From: Harriotta raleighana
Taxonomy: Eukaryota
Direction of reading: 5' to 3'
Assembly (NCBI GenBank): GCA_050575255.1
Contig: JBNZDD010013714.1
Coordinates: forward strand, 6,189,478 to 6,253,477
Length of the DNA stretch: 64,000 nucleotides
The notes under the pieces were generated by a model that saw only the letters and a list, made by a program, of their open reading frames with translations, searched no databases and was not told the origin of the DNA. This document shows positions 13,440 through 25,989 of the stretch, one piece after another. Each line of letters begins with the position of its first letter. Position 1 is the first letter of the stretch. The position numbers were made by a program, and so were the translations under genes.

Positions 13440-13697
13440 GGTTGATGCTGCAGTGTATTGCTGGGGGAACATTGTCAGACATACCGTCCTTCAGATCAGA
13501 TGTTACACCAAGGTTTCATCTGCCTGTTGAACATTCCACAGCACTATCCATAATGAGAAGTGAGTTTCTCCTTTTGTCCTGCTCAGATTGGCTGCCGCAG
13601 TCACTTGCAAATACTCAGTCACTACACATTACTTAAAAGCTCAGCGGAGCACTTTCAGAAATTTAAACATGATAAGATGCTATATCAAATGCAACAA
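13440..13697 (+). mobile_element. Old DeuSINE (AmnSINE1/SacSINE1-like body)
   Basis: CATTGTCAGACATACCGTCCTTCAGATCAGATGTTACACCAAGG...ATTGGCTGCCGC...GCTATATCAAATGCAA. Confidence 0.7.
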
Positions 13698-15075
13698 AAT
13701 ACTGTAGTATTATTTAATTAAAAGGGTGCGAGAGGCCCCTGAATATCTTCATAACTCTTCTCATTGAATAGTTGCGCTCAGGTGAATGGTCTGTGAAAAT
13801 CTGATTCTGTTTTTGACAGGGAGGTTTTGGTTTAGAAGTTCACTTCATCGGTTTATTTTTTCACTGGATAACAATGGGAACCTGAGAGAGCGTGCCAAGG
13901 TCATTCTATATAGAGCTGCAACATTCTCACGCGCTCTAAGTCCCATCGCTTGTCAATGGAAGTGTGCACATGAATATGTTACGAAACAGGAAGCCAGCAC
14001 AAATCCACTTGTCAAAAAAAACAGTATGTGAAATGGAAAATCTTGAGAAATTGCTTGGTTATTCAAAAAATAACCGTAACCAGACGGACCACTGTTATGT
14101 GTGAGTGGAATGATGCGCACACATGACATTGTTGTCTGATTCCCTGTGCTATCTTTAAACATGAAATAGAAAAAAGTCATATGATGTGACTCATTTTAAT
14201 GGTTAGAGGGTTTATCCCAGAAGGATGGAGATATCCCCACCAATGACAGCGGTGGAGAACACGCCTGGTTTTACCTGAAAGCTATTTGCCTCAACAGCTG
14301 AAACCCATCTCCCCATGCTTAAGAGTATCCAAACCAAACTGAGAGGTCTATGTTTGCAAACCTCCTACACATTGAAATTTTCCTGCGCCTGGAATGAAAT
14401 TTGCATTCCCTCCCTGGAGGCACACACACACCTTTATTCTTTTATGACATGCTTGGTACTAGAAGTGGATCCTTCTTTCTGAACATAATAGATATGTCCA
14501 ACGATAGAACTGACTTTGGAAAGCTCGGTGAGCTTGCAGTGATCTGAGAAACGCATTTTGTCACAGCAACTTGTTTCATATATAGGATAGTACCAGCTGC
14601 AGGCAGAAAGCTAACTGTGTAGATTAGAATATACCACTCGAAATCTGGTATTAATTGCTCACACAAAGTTCTTATCAGGCTAGATGTTAGCACTTTGACA
14701 TTTTTTTCAACTTAAATGGCAACATATAAATGCAAGTCATTTATGAAATCAAAATTTACAACAAACAGGTGTTCAGCTGCCATGAAATAGAACATTTGGT
14801 AACAAAAATGTTTCAGAGAAAACTGCAGTGAAATGGATTCTTGTACCAGTGATGGTTGTGGTTAATTGTTTTTTATTTACCTATTTAATTGTTTTTTCCA
14901 AAAAAATTATGCAAAATTGAAGTTCATTTTGGAATGTAGACTGAGATTGACAACAACTCTTGTTTTGGATGAAATATTAAACCATGGTCCCATCTTCCTC
15001 TGTGAGTGCCTGAAATGTAAAAGTGCCTCAGGGCACATAAACACTTGAGGCACACATATCTGGGCCTGGTATAAA

Positions 15076-15462
15076 CATTTTAAGAATTAGGAGCAGGAGT
15101 AGACCATTTGGCCCCTCGAGCCTGCCCCACCATTCAATAAGATCATGACTGTTTTTCTTGTCTAACTCCACCTATCCATCTTGTCCCCATATCCCTTGAT
15201 CCCTTTATCCACAAGAAATCTATCAATCTCAGTCTTGAATATGTTCAAGGACTAAGCATCTACAGCCCTTTGGGGTAGAGAATTCCATAAATTCACTACC
15301 CTCTGAGTGAAGAAGTTTTTCCTCAACTCAGTGCGAAAGGGCTGACCTCTAATTTTAAGACTGTGTCTCCTGGTTATAGTTTCTCCAACTAGGGGAAACA
15401 GTTTCCCCCTATCTACTCTGTCATGCCCTTAATAATCTTACAGGTTTCTATAAGATCACCTT
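15076..15462 (-). mobile_element. CR1 LINE 3' end (ORF2 C-terminus plus 3' UTR), 5'-truncated
   Basis: Minus strand translates GDLIET...RHSLKIRGQPFRTELRKNFFTQRVVNLWNSLPQRAVDA*SLNIFKTEIDRFL, followed by the 3' UTR GCTCGAGGGGCCAAATGGTCTACTCCTGCTCCTAATTC. Confidence 0.95.
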
Positions 15463-16098
15463 TTGCAATAGATCTGATGGTTTCCATCAATCTGTAAGCG
15501 CTCTGAATATTAGTTAAATAAATTTGAATATCCGATGACTGACATATGATTTGGTAACATTAAAATAAAGTTAATGTACTGAAAACCAATGGCAAGGATC
15601 TGATCCTTATTTACAGTAAATAAATATAGAGAAAATGCTCCAAGGTAACAGTTTTGCTTCAGTTTTCCATTCTGAGCCATGCATTCTATTTAGATCATTA
15701 TGTTGTAAGAGTTGAATATCTTACACCGCCCAGTTTGGAAAGGCTTTCCAGTGAGTGTGATGGGGGCAACGTCCTGCTGTACTCCTGAAATGTGGCAAAG
15801 TTTAAAAATAACTAATCTGTAGAAAACGGTTAATCCATATAGATTCTTCCCTTTATTCAAGAGTGCAGGCCTTCATTGGTAGAGCTAATTGTTTGTTCAG
15901 TTAAGCTTTGTTCTATTACATTATACAGATTAAAGCAACTATTAATTTACTATGCTGACAATGCTACTGATCAATCACAATTGCTGTTGAGATCGGATCA
16001 CACTACCTGGTTCTTACAAATATTATCATTGAAAGAAACATGTAGCAAGTTATACAAATGCTATACTTCTACACTAGTTTTTCTGTCTGACTGGATTT

Positions 16099-16433
16099 TA
16101 ATAATAATAATAATCCTTGCATTTGATATAGCGTTTTTCACATCTTATCGATGTCCCAAAGCGCTTCACAGAATATACTGTAAAGTTCATTGACTGTAGA
16201 TTTGTGGGCGGAACGTGGCAGCCAATTGCGCACAGCAGTGTCCCACAAACAGTCATGGATTGAAATTACCAATTTTTTTTATTGTGTTTTTTTTGGAGGG
16301 ATTATCATTAGGCATGGGAGTAAGGAAACTTGCCCAAGGTTTCGCCCTGATCTGCCTGGATTCGAACACAGGTCTCATGCTTGTAAGAGACCTTACAACT
16401 AAGCCACAGTTGTAACCACTAAGCCACAGGAGT
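16099..16433 (-). mobile_element. Near full-length tRNA-headed DeuSINE
   Basis: Minus strand: A box TGGCTTAGTGG, B box GTTCGAATCC, CCTTGGGCAAGTTTCCTTAC, Deu core TGTTTGTGGGACACTGCTGTGCGCAATTGGCTGCC, tail TGCAAGGA(TTA)n. Confidence 0.92.
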
Positions 16434-17184
16434 TTTTCATTAGTTGCTACTACGGTCTTATATAGGAAGACCTCCAATAGTCATTTCAGTCTCTCCCTTG
16501 GTTGGCATCCAACCCCACTACTGCTACACTATCCCTGTGTGAATATGAATGCAAGTTATAGTAACACACAAGACCAGCAAAGGTTATTACAGTATTAAAG
16601 TGGCCACTCAAAAAAAAAATTTAATCCTGAACTCCACTTCCTCTCACATCCCTCAAATAAATGTTTCCCTACCTATTTCCTTCTTGCATTTTCTGTCACA
16701 ATGGTCAGTCTTGTTGCAGCGGATCATAGGACAGTTGCAAAACTTTTTTAAAAATCAGTATTCAGGCTAACAGTATAAAAGCCTAAATGATATGATACTC
16801 CAAGCAGAATGTCATTGCATCACTATGTATATGGTATACACTAATCAACATCAAAGGTTTTAGGTGATATATAGAATAAATTTCCCACAAATTTGATTGA
16901 AGACTTGCTGTTGAAGTATATTTGGTGCAGTTATGTCGCATTAGACTCAATTTATCTATCAGCACTTTGCTGCTATTGATTTATTTTTTAAATTAGATGA
17001 AGGCAATCAGTAAATTTCACCCAATCAAATACCAAAAAACATAGAGGAGATAGACAATTTAGGGTAATCAATTGAGATACTCTGTGATTTGCTGGCGTTC
17101 AATGCAGACTATAAATTTAGACCATATCTTGCAAGTTAGCAACTAATAAAACAAGTGGTTCTGACAGAGAAAAAAAACTTAGAA

Positions 17185-18050
17185 CACGAGAATATAAGAG
17201 AATGTAGAATGGAAAAAAGATCCATTTTGCCTATGCATTTCTACAAGATTACAAGAGATTTTGTTCTCTTTCTTCCAGAATGCCAAATCTATATTTTCCT
17301 ATTGCAGCATTAAGCTTAAATTAATAATAATTCAACACTGCTATTTTTGGTAGTTAGTTCTAACTGTTGATAACTTCTAGGTTAAAAATATATATATTGG
17401 TGGCTTTCTGTTTCTGTTCTCAATGCTAAACTTATGCCCTTTTGTCCTATTGTCTTTAATTCTAGGTTGGTTTCTCTATCCAACTGAGTACCTTGGAAGC
17501 CTCCACTGAGATTTCCCTATGCAAGGCTGAGGAGCCCTTGTTTAGCTAGTTGTTCCTCTTATGTCATCCCTCTTAAATTGCGAATCAACCTCATTACTTT
17601 CCTTTGTACTACCTCTTGGGACTTGGCAACCCTATTATACAATGAAGACTTGAACTATACACAGTTACCAACATGAAAGATGCTATACCGATGTAATGTA
17701 TTGTTGTTGTTGCTGTTAGCGAGGCCTAGGCTGATGGAGATCCAAACTTGATTTACCCCAGCATCCCGTTTAAATGTGTCTTGCTGCCAAGTCATTGAAA
17801 TATAGTTAGTGGTGAGTTGACTAACATTCTTAAGTTTCTTTAAATTTTCTCGTGCCAAGTTCTATCCTATCCAATGCATGTTCATGTTTTACTTCTCATG
17901 TTTTACTTCCTGTATGCAGTAAATTGCATTTATCTGTTATATTCCTACCTTTGCATTAACGTGTGCTGCTGCCATCCTTAATCATGCCACCTAAACCGTG
18001 TTTTCCTATTGTATCAGCATCTTGCAATTTGGTGTTTTATTGGTGGTTTA
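17185..18050 (-). mobile_element. Old, fragmented CR1 LINE (RT C-terminal region to 3' end)
   Basis: Minus-strand remnants resemble CR1 ORF2 motifs (DKC..LH.G.K, CV.F, EVVQRKVMRLIRNLRGMT.EEQL). Interrupted near 17670-17715 by a short tail fragment. Confidence 0.65.
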
Positions 18051-18359
18051 TCAAGAAACCTAAGGAGAAGGTGTTTGCCAGAAGTTTTTATTTGCTCATT
18101 TGTACTAAATGTTTAGATTGTGCTCTGTTTAGCTATGCACCTGATACAGGAATAAAGAATGCACTTTGGTCACTGCTATCAATTCCCTTCCTTAAATCAA
18201 GCACTTGGACTCTGTCGCAGCAGAAGCCAGTTCTTAATAGTATTAGCTTAGGTTGCCCAGCTGTGACCAATGAAATCTTTCTGGCAGTTCATAACAAGTA
18301 TTAATTATCGCAATAAGTGTGATGGCAATGGCCTGTTTGAACTCTGCAGTTGTCACAAA

Positions 18360-18660
18360 GTTGTTGTAGGAAACAAATGTTGAATATACAGGGCAATTGT
18401 AGCAAAGTAAAATTGTACGGTCACATAGGAACTAGATACTGTAGATGATTGGCAACTTGTACTTGGAGTTGTTTGGTAAAGGGAACCATCAAAATCAAAT
18501 TGCAAGTGGTGTCAGATTGTGCAGAAGTAGTTAAGATGTCAAGATTGTTAAGGATACAAGTGGATTATTGGAGCATAAGTTTTCAAGAGGCTGGACTGTG
18601 ATTCTATAAATGATGAGGAGGCTATATGTGCAGCACATTCTCAAGTTTGGTTGTAACAAG
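18360..18660 (+). mobile_element. Possible old CR1 ORF2 fragment
   Basis: CAGATTGTGCAGAAGTAGTTAAGATGTCAAGATTGTTAAGGATAC...GAGCATAAG resembles the CR1 region encoding QC..AVKKANRMLG.I...IEYKS. Confidence 0.4.
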
Positions 18661-18664
18661 ACAA

Positions 18665-18845
18665 TTTAATAATATTAATCCTTGCATTTAGAGTAAGGAA
18701 ACTTGCACAATGTTTCGCCCTGCCTGGGAATTAAGCCCAGGTCCTTATCACTTGTAAGTCAAGGCGAGTGCTCTAACCACTAAACTACAGGACTTATACT
18801 TATATACCGCTGTTCATGTTTGGAGGACATCCCAAAGTGCTTGAG
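18665..18845 (-). mobile_element. Rearranged SINE: tail end joined directly to tRNA head, followed by more tail sequence
   Basis: ATCCTTGCATTTA|GAGTAAGGAAACTTGC...AGTGCTCTAACCACTAAACTACAGGACT, then TATACCGCTGTTCATGTTTGGAGGACATCCCAAAGTGC. Confidence 0.75.
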
Positions 18846-19142
18846 GTGTTATTGTTAAGCATGGGTGGAGAAACAAAGGAAATGTCCATCAAAAATGGTG
18901 TTCAATTTGTGAGCCACGAAGAGAGTTTTGAACATCAAAAACCTTACAATGGAGGGTGTGTACTGATCACAGGTTTATTGCAAAGCCCAAGCAATGTAAG
19001 ACATGCCTGCTTTAGGAGATCCTTCACTGCTTGTTTAGATTCACATTCACAACTGTTCGGTACAGTGTTGAAATATACAGATGGATATTTGGCCATGTGT
19101 GTGTGTAATGTCTGCATGAACAGTAGAATTGTGTGATTTACA

Positions 19143-19369
19143 TTATATTCTAATGGACTGTGCATCAACAGGATCTTTGCAGTGAATTCATTCTGATATA
19201 CCCTACATTTTCCTCATGAAATCAAGTGATGTTTACACATGCATATCCAATGAATACAAATAAAGAGCCCTTTAGACAGTCATTCCTCATTCTAAAATGC
19301 TGCACCAGTTAAACTTACTTAATCTTCAGTCACAACATCCATATTGATGCACAGTCCATTAGAATATAA
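19143..19369. repeat. Inverted-repeat element with perfect 26-bp arms (MITE-like)
   Basis: TTATATTCTAATGGACTGTGCATCAA (19143-19168) and its exact reverse complement (19344-19369). Imperfect pairing continues inward. Confidence 0.85.
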
Positions 19370-20549
19370 AATGCACTGAAATGCACCAAAACCTTTTTTT
19401 ATCCTATAACTTCTTCAAGGTATCATTTACAAAATATAGTGACTTCACTTTACTGTAAATGCCGTGAAGCACTTTGGCATGCCCTCCTGACCTATAACCA
19501 ATGTAAAGATTATTATTTTAAGGATTATTATGACTGACACATCAGTGAGCTGTATGGTTCGTGTAATTGCTGATAACTATTTTATTAAAATAGACTGGGA
19601 ATAATGACTACAAAGCAACGCATTAAGCATAGGGTTCAGATGATACCATAATGCCAAGAACAAAGCTAAAAGCTCAACTAGTTTATAAACCATGTCTGAA
19701 GCCTGAGATGAGATCACAGCTTTGAATTCACTCCCATTTATCTGTTGTTTTATGACATGTGGAGTGGATGGGGGCAACTGTATTGTGCTTTTGCTGGTTC
19801 TATATTATAATAAAGTAGTTGGGGTGCACAAAATCCCAGCCAGTGCCATTACTGGATTCAGTTGTTGTCAACAATGCAGTACTCACTGTGAATGCAAGGC
19901 AGTTCAGTGCATCCAAATGATATAGATGGTGACCTGAAGTTGGCCATTTTGGCTTCCTGCATGTCAGCTGCCATTTTGAAGCTGATGATCATATTTGGGA
20001 TTTGGGGGGTAAGGTAATGATGGGGTCCAAACCCCAAAACATGTTACAATGGGGTTCTATGCTCGTTTGTGTTTAGTGTTGTGCTTCCAAAGTTATTTTT
20101 TCTTAAGTACAAATTCAATGTGTTGTATCTGTTGTCACTCCCTACCAAGTTATATCAATATAGTTTTAACAGATCACCAAATTTAACTGATGCGAGTCAG
20201 TATCACAATCATTGTCTTATGCTGATATGATATATGTGTCCATTCTTGTGTATTATAATATATTTTTATTTGTATTTGCAAATCTATGTACACATCTCAG
20301 GGAAAGTGTTTGGAAACGAAAGTGATGTCAGATTTGTTAATTAGTGTGTGAAATTCTTTACGTCCTTTTCATTAAAATTCATTTTTATGGCTTTCAATTA
20401 AGAACTGCATTCAGCAACTATCCAACAATCTGGTACCAGATTTTGCTTCAAAGTATTTACTTTCTAAAGAAGCTGAAACAGACATGGGACCCGAGAAGCT
20501 GACAGATTGGTTATGAGAGTAAGCAAAGGCTTTCAGAAATAAGCTGCAT

Positions 20550-20635
20550 GTCAATTCACTTTACAGTATATTCTCTGAAGTGCTTTGAGACATCTAGAAG
20601 ACATGAAAAGCACTATCTGCAAGGATTATTATTAT
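20550..20635 (+). mobile_element. SINE tail
   Basis: GTCAATTCACTTTACAGTATATTCTCTGAAGTGCTTTGAGACATCTAGAAGACATGAAAAGCAC...TGCAAGGATTATTATT. Confidence 0.85.
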
Positions 20636-21345
20636 GTTAAAATAATAATAATCCTTGCAATAGTTATATTAATCATATCATAATAATATTCTTGATTTTT
20701 TTTTTAAAAACATGACAATTTGCATAGTTTCTTTTAGCCATATCTATAATAAGACATCAATTGAAATGCAGTAGCAAATTGTCAGTTGACTAAACATTAA
20801 CCAGGGAGAAAAAATCAAAAGTTTTTTGATCAATTTGCTGTGTTTCCAAAACTTGTTAGTAAACCTCCTTAATGTAATTTAAGACTGACGTACAAGGTGC
20901 TGACTAAAATTTATATTGGGATAGATTACTTATTTGACTTACTAAAAGTGTTTTTTATTTTATTATCCGGTGTCAGGGAGATCATCTTATTCATTCATCA
21001 GATTGAAAAGAGCGATCTTTTAATCAATCATGCAGGGTAGCTTAAAATCACTATATTCCATCCCCTGATGTTGCTGAAAGATCATTAATTTATCTCTTAG
21101 GATAACTTAAACATAATTTTATTCCATTACCTGATGTAAGTAAAAAGCAACTTTAATCTTTCACCCAAACTAATTGAAAATCATTTGTTCTTGCTCATTT
21201 GACACTATTGAAAAGTCACTTTATTTTCTGTCCCAAATAACTACAGGGATAATTTGTGTTTGCAATGCAAGAGAAAATCAGTTTAAAATTATCTTAAGAA
21301 GAAGCTGAATTACAATATGACTGATGGAAGATGTTCCAGAATAAT

Positions 21346-21632
21346 TTCAATCAATCAATCAAAAGTACATTTATATAGCATCTTTCATGTCAGGAGGACG
21401 GCCCAAGGTGCTGTACAGTCAAGTAGGGGGGGAAGGATCGAGAGAAGGAAAGTAGGAAAAATCAACCGTATATTTGTGGGCGAAACGTGGCAGCTAAATT
21501 GCGCACAGCAGTGTCCCACAAACAGTCATGGAAGTGGGGTTAGAGGAGAAAGGGGGGAAAGATGGCAAGGGGAGGCGTCAAGGAAGGGGAAAGGAGAACA
21601 GGAAAAAATGTCTGTATAGTTGTGGGCGAAAC
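21346..21632 (-). mobile_element. Retroelement 3' end with Deu core, polypyrimidine spacers and (GATT)n tail
   Basis: TCAATCAATCAATC tail, L2-type terminus, purine block, GTGGGCGAAACGTGGCAGCTAAATTGCGCACAGCAGTGTCCCACAAACAG, a second purine block and a second GTTGTGGGCGAAAC. Confidence 0.8.
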
Positions 21633-21759
21633 AAAATTTAAGGGTGCTTCATATGTTATTTTAATGCTATTACCAAATTCAAGGTGTCGCTTGAAAGATC
21701 TTATGTTCCTACTGAAAATATCTTCATTATTTTATTAATCATGAACATTTCTGGCGACT

Positions 21760-21925
21760 GGAGTCCTGCAGCTCAATGGTTCGAGCACTCGCCTTACAAA
21801 CAAGAGACCTGGGTTTGAATCCACTCAGGGTGAAACCTTGAGCAAGCTTCCTTACTCCAATAATCCCACAAGAAAAATAAGCAATAGTGAATTTGTCACT
21901 TCGATCCACGACTGTTTGAGGGAAC
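21760..21925 (+). mobile_element. SINE 5' part (tRNA head to start of Deu domain), 3'-truncated
   Basis: GCAGCTCAATGG (A-box-like), GGGTTTGAATCC (B-box-like), CCTTGAGCAAGCTTCCTTACTCC, ACGACTGTTTGAGGGA. Confidence 0.8.
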
Positions 21926-22140
21926 AAAAGATTGGCAAAGTAACCATGCTGGCAAAATGCTGCTACTCTGAGTAACTGGTGTTTTTACAGATAATGTCCC
22001 CACAGCCCCTTTGACACTCTACTGTCAAACTGCCATGGAAATGCACTCTTTAGATATCTCAAGTATCTTTACACACAAACACACGCTGTGCATGCAATAT
22101 CACCCATTGGAACTGAAGGCAATAGCTTGATTTCTTTCTC

Positions 22141-22278
22141 AATAATAAGTAATAATAATCTGTGCATTTGATACAGCTCCTTTCATGTCTTCCAGACGTC
22201 TCAAAGTGCTTCACAGAATATACTGTAAAGTGAATTAACTGTATATTTGTGGGCAAAACGTGGCAGCCAGTTGCGCAA
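22141..22278 (-). mobile_element. DeuSINE 3' part
   Basis: (AAT)n tail, CTCAAAGTGCTTCACAGAATATACTGTAAAGTGAATT, GTGGCAGCCAGTTGCGCA. Confidence 0.85.
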
Positions 22279-24659
22279 TGTTGTATTCACATCACTTAGA
22301 GGATCTTGCAAATCGTACATACAAGTAGTATATCATTGTGGAATGTTGCCCTTTGAAACCATTGAACGGTAGATTGATGACCACTTTCTGTTGATTAAAA
22401 GTTTTGTAGCTGAATACTTACTGACCACACACTGCCAGTGCTAACCATTACATAGCACCAATTTCAGACATTCATTCTCCGGTACAACAATGATTTAAAA
22501 TTGTACACTCTCTTTTTATGGCCTATCAGAGCAGTGAGCTAACTGAATGCCATCTTTATCTTGGCAAACATCATGAACTGGTCCTTGAAGCAGATTAGAA
22601 AGCTGTATGACTATAAAATATGATTTTGGATGGAGATGGAAAGTGGGTACGAATGTAATGATCTCAGAATAGACCTTGAGTCTATCCTTCTAGCCTATTC
22701 CTAAAATGTCTCATTGTTTGATGAATGTTCTTTCAGACCCTTAACACATCTTATGAGGACAGTCAGTTTTCTCCTGATGATCCTCCGGATTGAGGATCTC
22801 TTTAAGAGACACGAAGAAACGGAAAATTAAAAAACCCATGTATTTATCAAAGTTGATACATTGAGTGCTGGGGAATGTTAGTTTGTGAGTATGTCTCAAA
22901 TTTTGATAAATTTCCAACTGTCTGGGATAGATTCACAAACCCAATCCTCCAACATTTGCATTCCATGAATACGCATACAGCCAGTTATGTTCAATCACAA
23001 ATCTGATTCCCAATTGCCAAGGGTCTACAGGAGTCGTACAAACTGGCTAACTCTGCCTTCACATTGCTTTGAGCCTCTTGGGATTTTAAATGGTCTCTGG
23101 ATCCTAATCAAATTTTAATTTGTTAGTGGTACAGTTTATCTTATTTTATTTGTGTGTGTGGGTGGGAATGGGGTGGTGGGTGGGAGGGGGGTAGTGATAT
23201 CTGATTTATTGTAAATGAGAGGTATATTGATGATCCATTCAGTCACTCATTAGCATTGCATAGATGTAATTGTGACACTATGACCATTCTGTAGAGTACA
23301 CTTGAATCTTCTGCATGGTTCTGTCTATGTTTTTTTTAGAAAGTACATAAACAGTTAATAGATTAATACAGTGATCAAGTTTCCTTCCGTTTCAATCACG
23401 ATCGAGAGTGTATTACCAGGAAGAGCAATTTCAGGCCAGGACACTAGATTAATTTGAGAAACAGCTGGATGCTGTAATGGGATGGTAGGATCAGCTTCCT
23501 GGATGATGATATCAAAATGTCTGATTTCATGTGGAAAGTCTCGTGATCTTGTAACTTTTTTTTTGCTGATTTTAGGGAATGGGAGGAGTGGAGAGAAAAG
23601 GGAAACTATTTGGAAAGGAATATTGCAAATACAACAAAATTCTAACAGGTAAGTGGTTACTGCTCATAAATTATTAATAGCCTGATCATGGATCACACAT
23701 AATCAATGTTGAGATCTATAATTGTTGTGCTTCTAGTTTATTATTAGCATAGATTAACTCAATCTCCTTACTTAGAATATTTATGACTATGTAACAGCAA
23801 AATACAATTTCAGCTCTGATTTAATAGAGGGGTGTATTAATGGGAGGATTCCTTAATTAAGGAGTGTGACCTTTTGTGTAATCAGAAGTACTGTACGTTG
23901 CACCACAAGCAGAAATCCTATTAGGAACAATAGATTGTGTAACAAGCTTCTAGTTTCCATAAAAGGAAATACTGTAACCACAAATTAAGAGTTATCCCTC
24001 AGCAGCTCAGTACAGAGAGTAACCGGGGCACAACATTTATGCTTCTCTATACCTTGGTGTCCTCGTCCAATTAATGCTGTCAGCTCTTCATATGAAATCT
24101 GCCACAGGTCTGCAGTTCTGTCATTGATAATGGTAATCTTTCAATTGATTAAGGAAAAATAATACTGAATGCACCAGTTTCACTTGCCACAGATATCTTA
24201 ATCAACAAAACAAATCAATGTAAGAGCTAACCAATTAGCACTTTGTGCATTTAAATATGTTTTGAATTGACACTGGAAACTATTGAATTTATTCCTTACC
24301 GTGCAGTTTTATCAGTCTTCGATATTTTTTTGAGTCTGACTGACATACCAATCTGAGCTAACAGCAAAAGCAACTTTGTTCATCCTAGTTGCAGCACAGT
24401 AATTCATACGCTTTGATCTATTTTCTGTCCAATCTATTAATGGGATGCTGTTGAGAATAAGTGCACAGTAAATATTTGTCATAACAGCATTTGAGAAAGC
24501 AAATTCATGATAAAATGGTCTACTAAAAGTTCATCTGAAGTTTATATAACTAGGTGATTTCAGATTTAACAGAAACTATATCAGTGGAATAATTTGGAAT
24601 AATTATTATAGTGCATAAATTAGGAACTATAATTTGGTATTTCTATGTAATTTAAGAAT

Positions 24660-24762
24660 ACAAAAATCTACAGTCAATTCACTTTACAGAACATTCGATG
24701 AAGAGCTTTGAGATGTCTAGAAGACGTGAAAAGCACTGTATCAAAATGCAAGGATTATTATA
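24660..24762 (+). mobile_element. SINE tail
   Basis: CAGTCAATTCACTTTACAG...GAGATGTCTAGAAGACGTGAAAAGCAC...TGCAAGGATTATTAT. Confidence 0.85.
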
Positions 24763-25471
24763 ACAATGCAAGATTTGCTTTCTAAAAAAGTATTTACTTT
24801 AAATCTTGCAATGCAATAATTTTTCATGTTGTTTTAGGGATTATAAATATGTGTTTTCTTTTGTGCGACTGTGTTGGAATAATCCTTGCATCTGATCCGA
24901 TATCTCGCCCGATATCACAAATCATACATAAAATAGAAGACCGACTGCTTGTCTTAACCTCCATGGCATCAACAATCTGGCCTTTGTCCTACACAAGTAA
25001 AAATAAATTATTTTAATTGTTCTCTCTTCCGTGATCCACAGGCATTCATCGTCACGGGGTTAGAACATCACTCCTAAGATACAGGAGGCAGTGACATGAA
25101 AGAAGATTTAGGGCTTCCCAGCCAGCTCTTATGTTGCCCAGATGCACTACTCCCCATCAGTCTTTTTGCTTCCTGACAGAGACAGCAAGCAGTGTAGTGT
25201 CTAAAGTGAATCTCTTCTTAGGCCTTTATGTGCCTGTTTAGTTTTGCTTTCAAAAGATAAATTAGTCTAGATGCAGCTATGCACTAGAAAGTTATCGAAT
25301 TAAATAAATTCAATTTTAATTTGCTTTAACTGGTGGCTGATTATTCATATCTCACAGTGCTATGCTCCTTTATATGTTTCTGTAAGTAGTGTTTGTTTCA
25401 CTGGTAACACATTTTGAATACGCAGGAATATGTTTGGAAATATTGGTGTTCCATTCCTTTAAGGACAGGAC

Positions 25472-25675
25472 TAGTCAATATGGTTAGCGCAAATTATGTT
25501 TCACATTTAGAGAGCAGGAAATAAAAAACGTTCACCAGCTTTTCTGTAACTTTGTTTGGTTTCCTCTCTTCTNTAGTCAATATGGTTAGCGCAAATTATG
25601 TTTCACATTTAGAGAGCAGGAAACAAAAAAACGTTCACCAGCTTTTCTGTAACTTTGTTTGGTTTCCTCTCTTCT
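25472..25675. other. Duplicated flanks around a single-N gap at 25573 (probable haplotype overlap artefact)
   Basis: 25472-25572 and 25574-25675 are essentially identical (GGAAATAAAAAACG vs GGAAACAAAAAAACG) and abut the N. Confidence 0.9.
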
Positions 25676-25989
25676 CTGATCTTTCATTAAGCATTCCTCC
25701 ACTCCCTCCCCCTCGTTTACATTTCTGTTACCTTCAAACTTTTTGTATCTTTGATTTCACCCGCCCTCCCCCCACCATTCCCCCCCATCCCGCCCATCTT
25801 TCTCACACTGTATATGGTGCATTTAAACTTTGGCATAGTTTCTTGGCATAATTTCTGAAGTGTGACATAGTCAAAGCGTAAATCACATGTATTCCAAGGT
25901 TTCTTTATATTTCTGACTTCTAGTTTGTCTTCTTCCAGTTTATTACAAATAGCAAATATACAAATTACAAATATAATTTCAACACATCT

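Noticed and set aside
16330-16433. tRNA gene
   Set aside because: The A/B boxes belong to a SINE head continuous with the Deu body and tail, and no cloverleaf is evident. The same applies at 21760, 31720 and 58430.
19940-20065. hAT-like fragments (also about 39715-39830 and 40905-40955)
   Set aside because: Only short GGGGTCC/GTGGGCTGCAG-type motifs, with no TIR pair or TSD, too weak to call.
23497-23560. C/D box snoRNA (start CCTGGATGATGATA resembles SNORD44 as recalled)
   Set aside because: No recognisable rRNA guide, no terminal stem or properly spaced D box, and no host-gene exons nearby.
25472-25675. Biological tandem duplication
   Set aside because: Same single-N overlap pattern.
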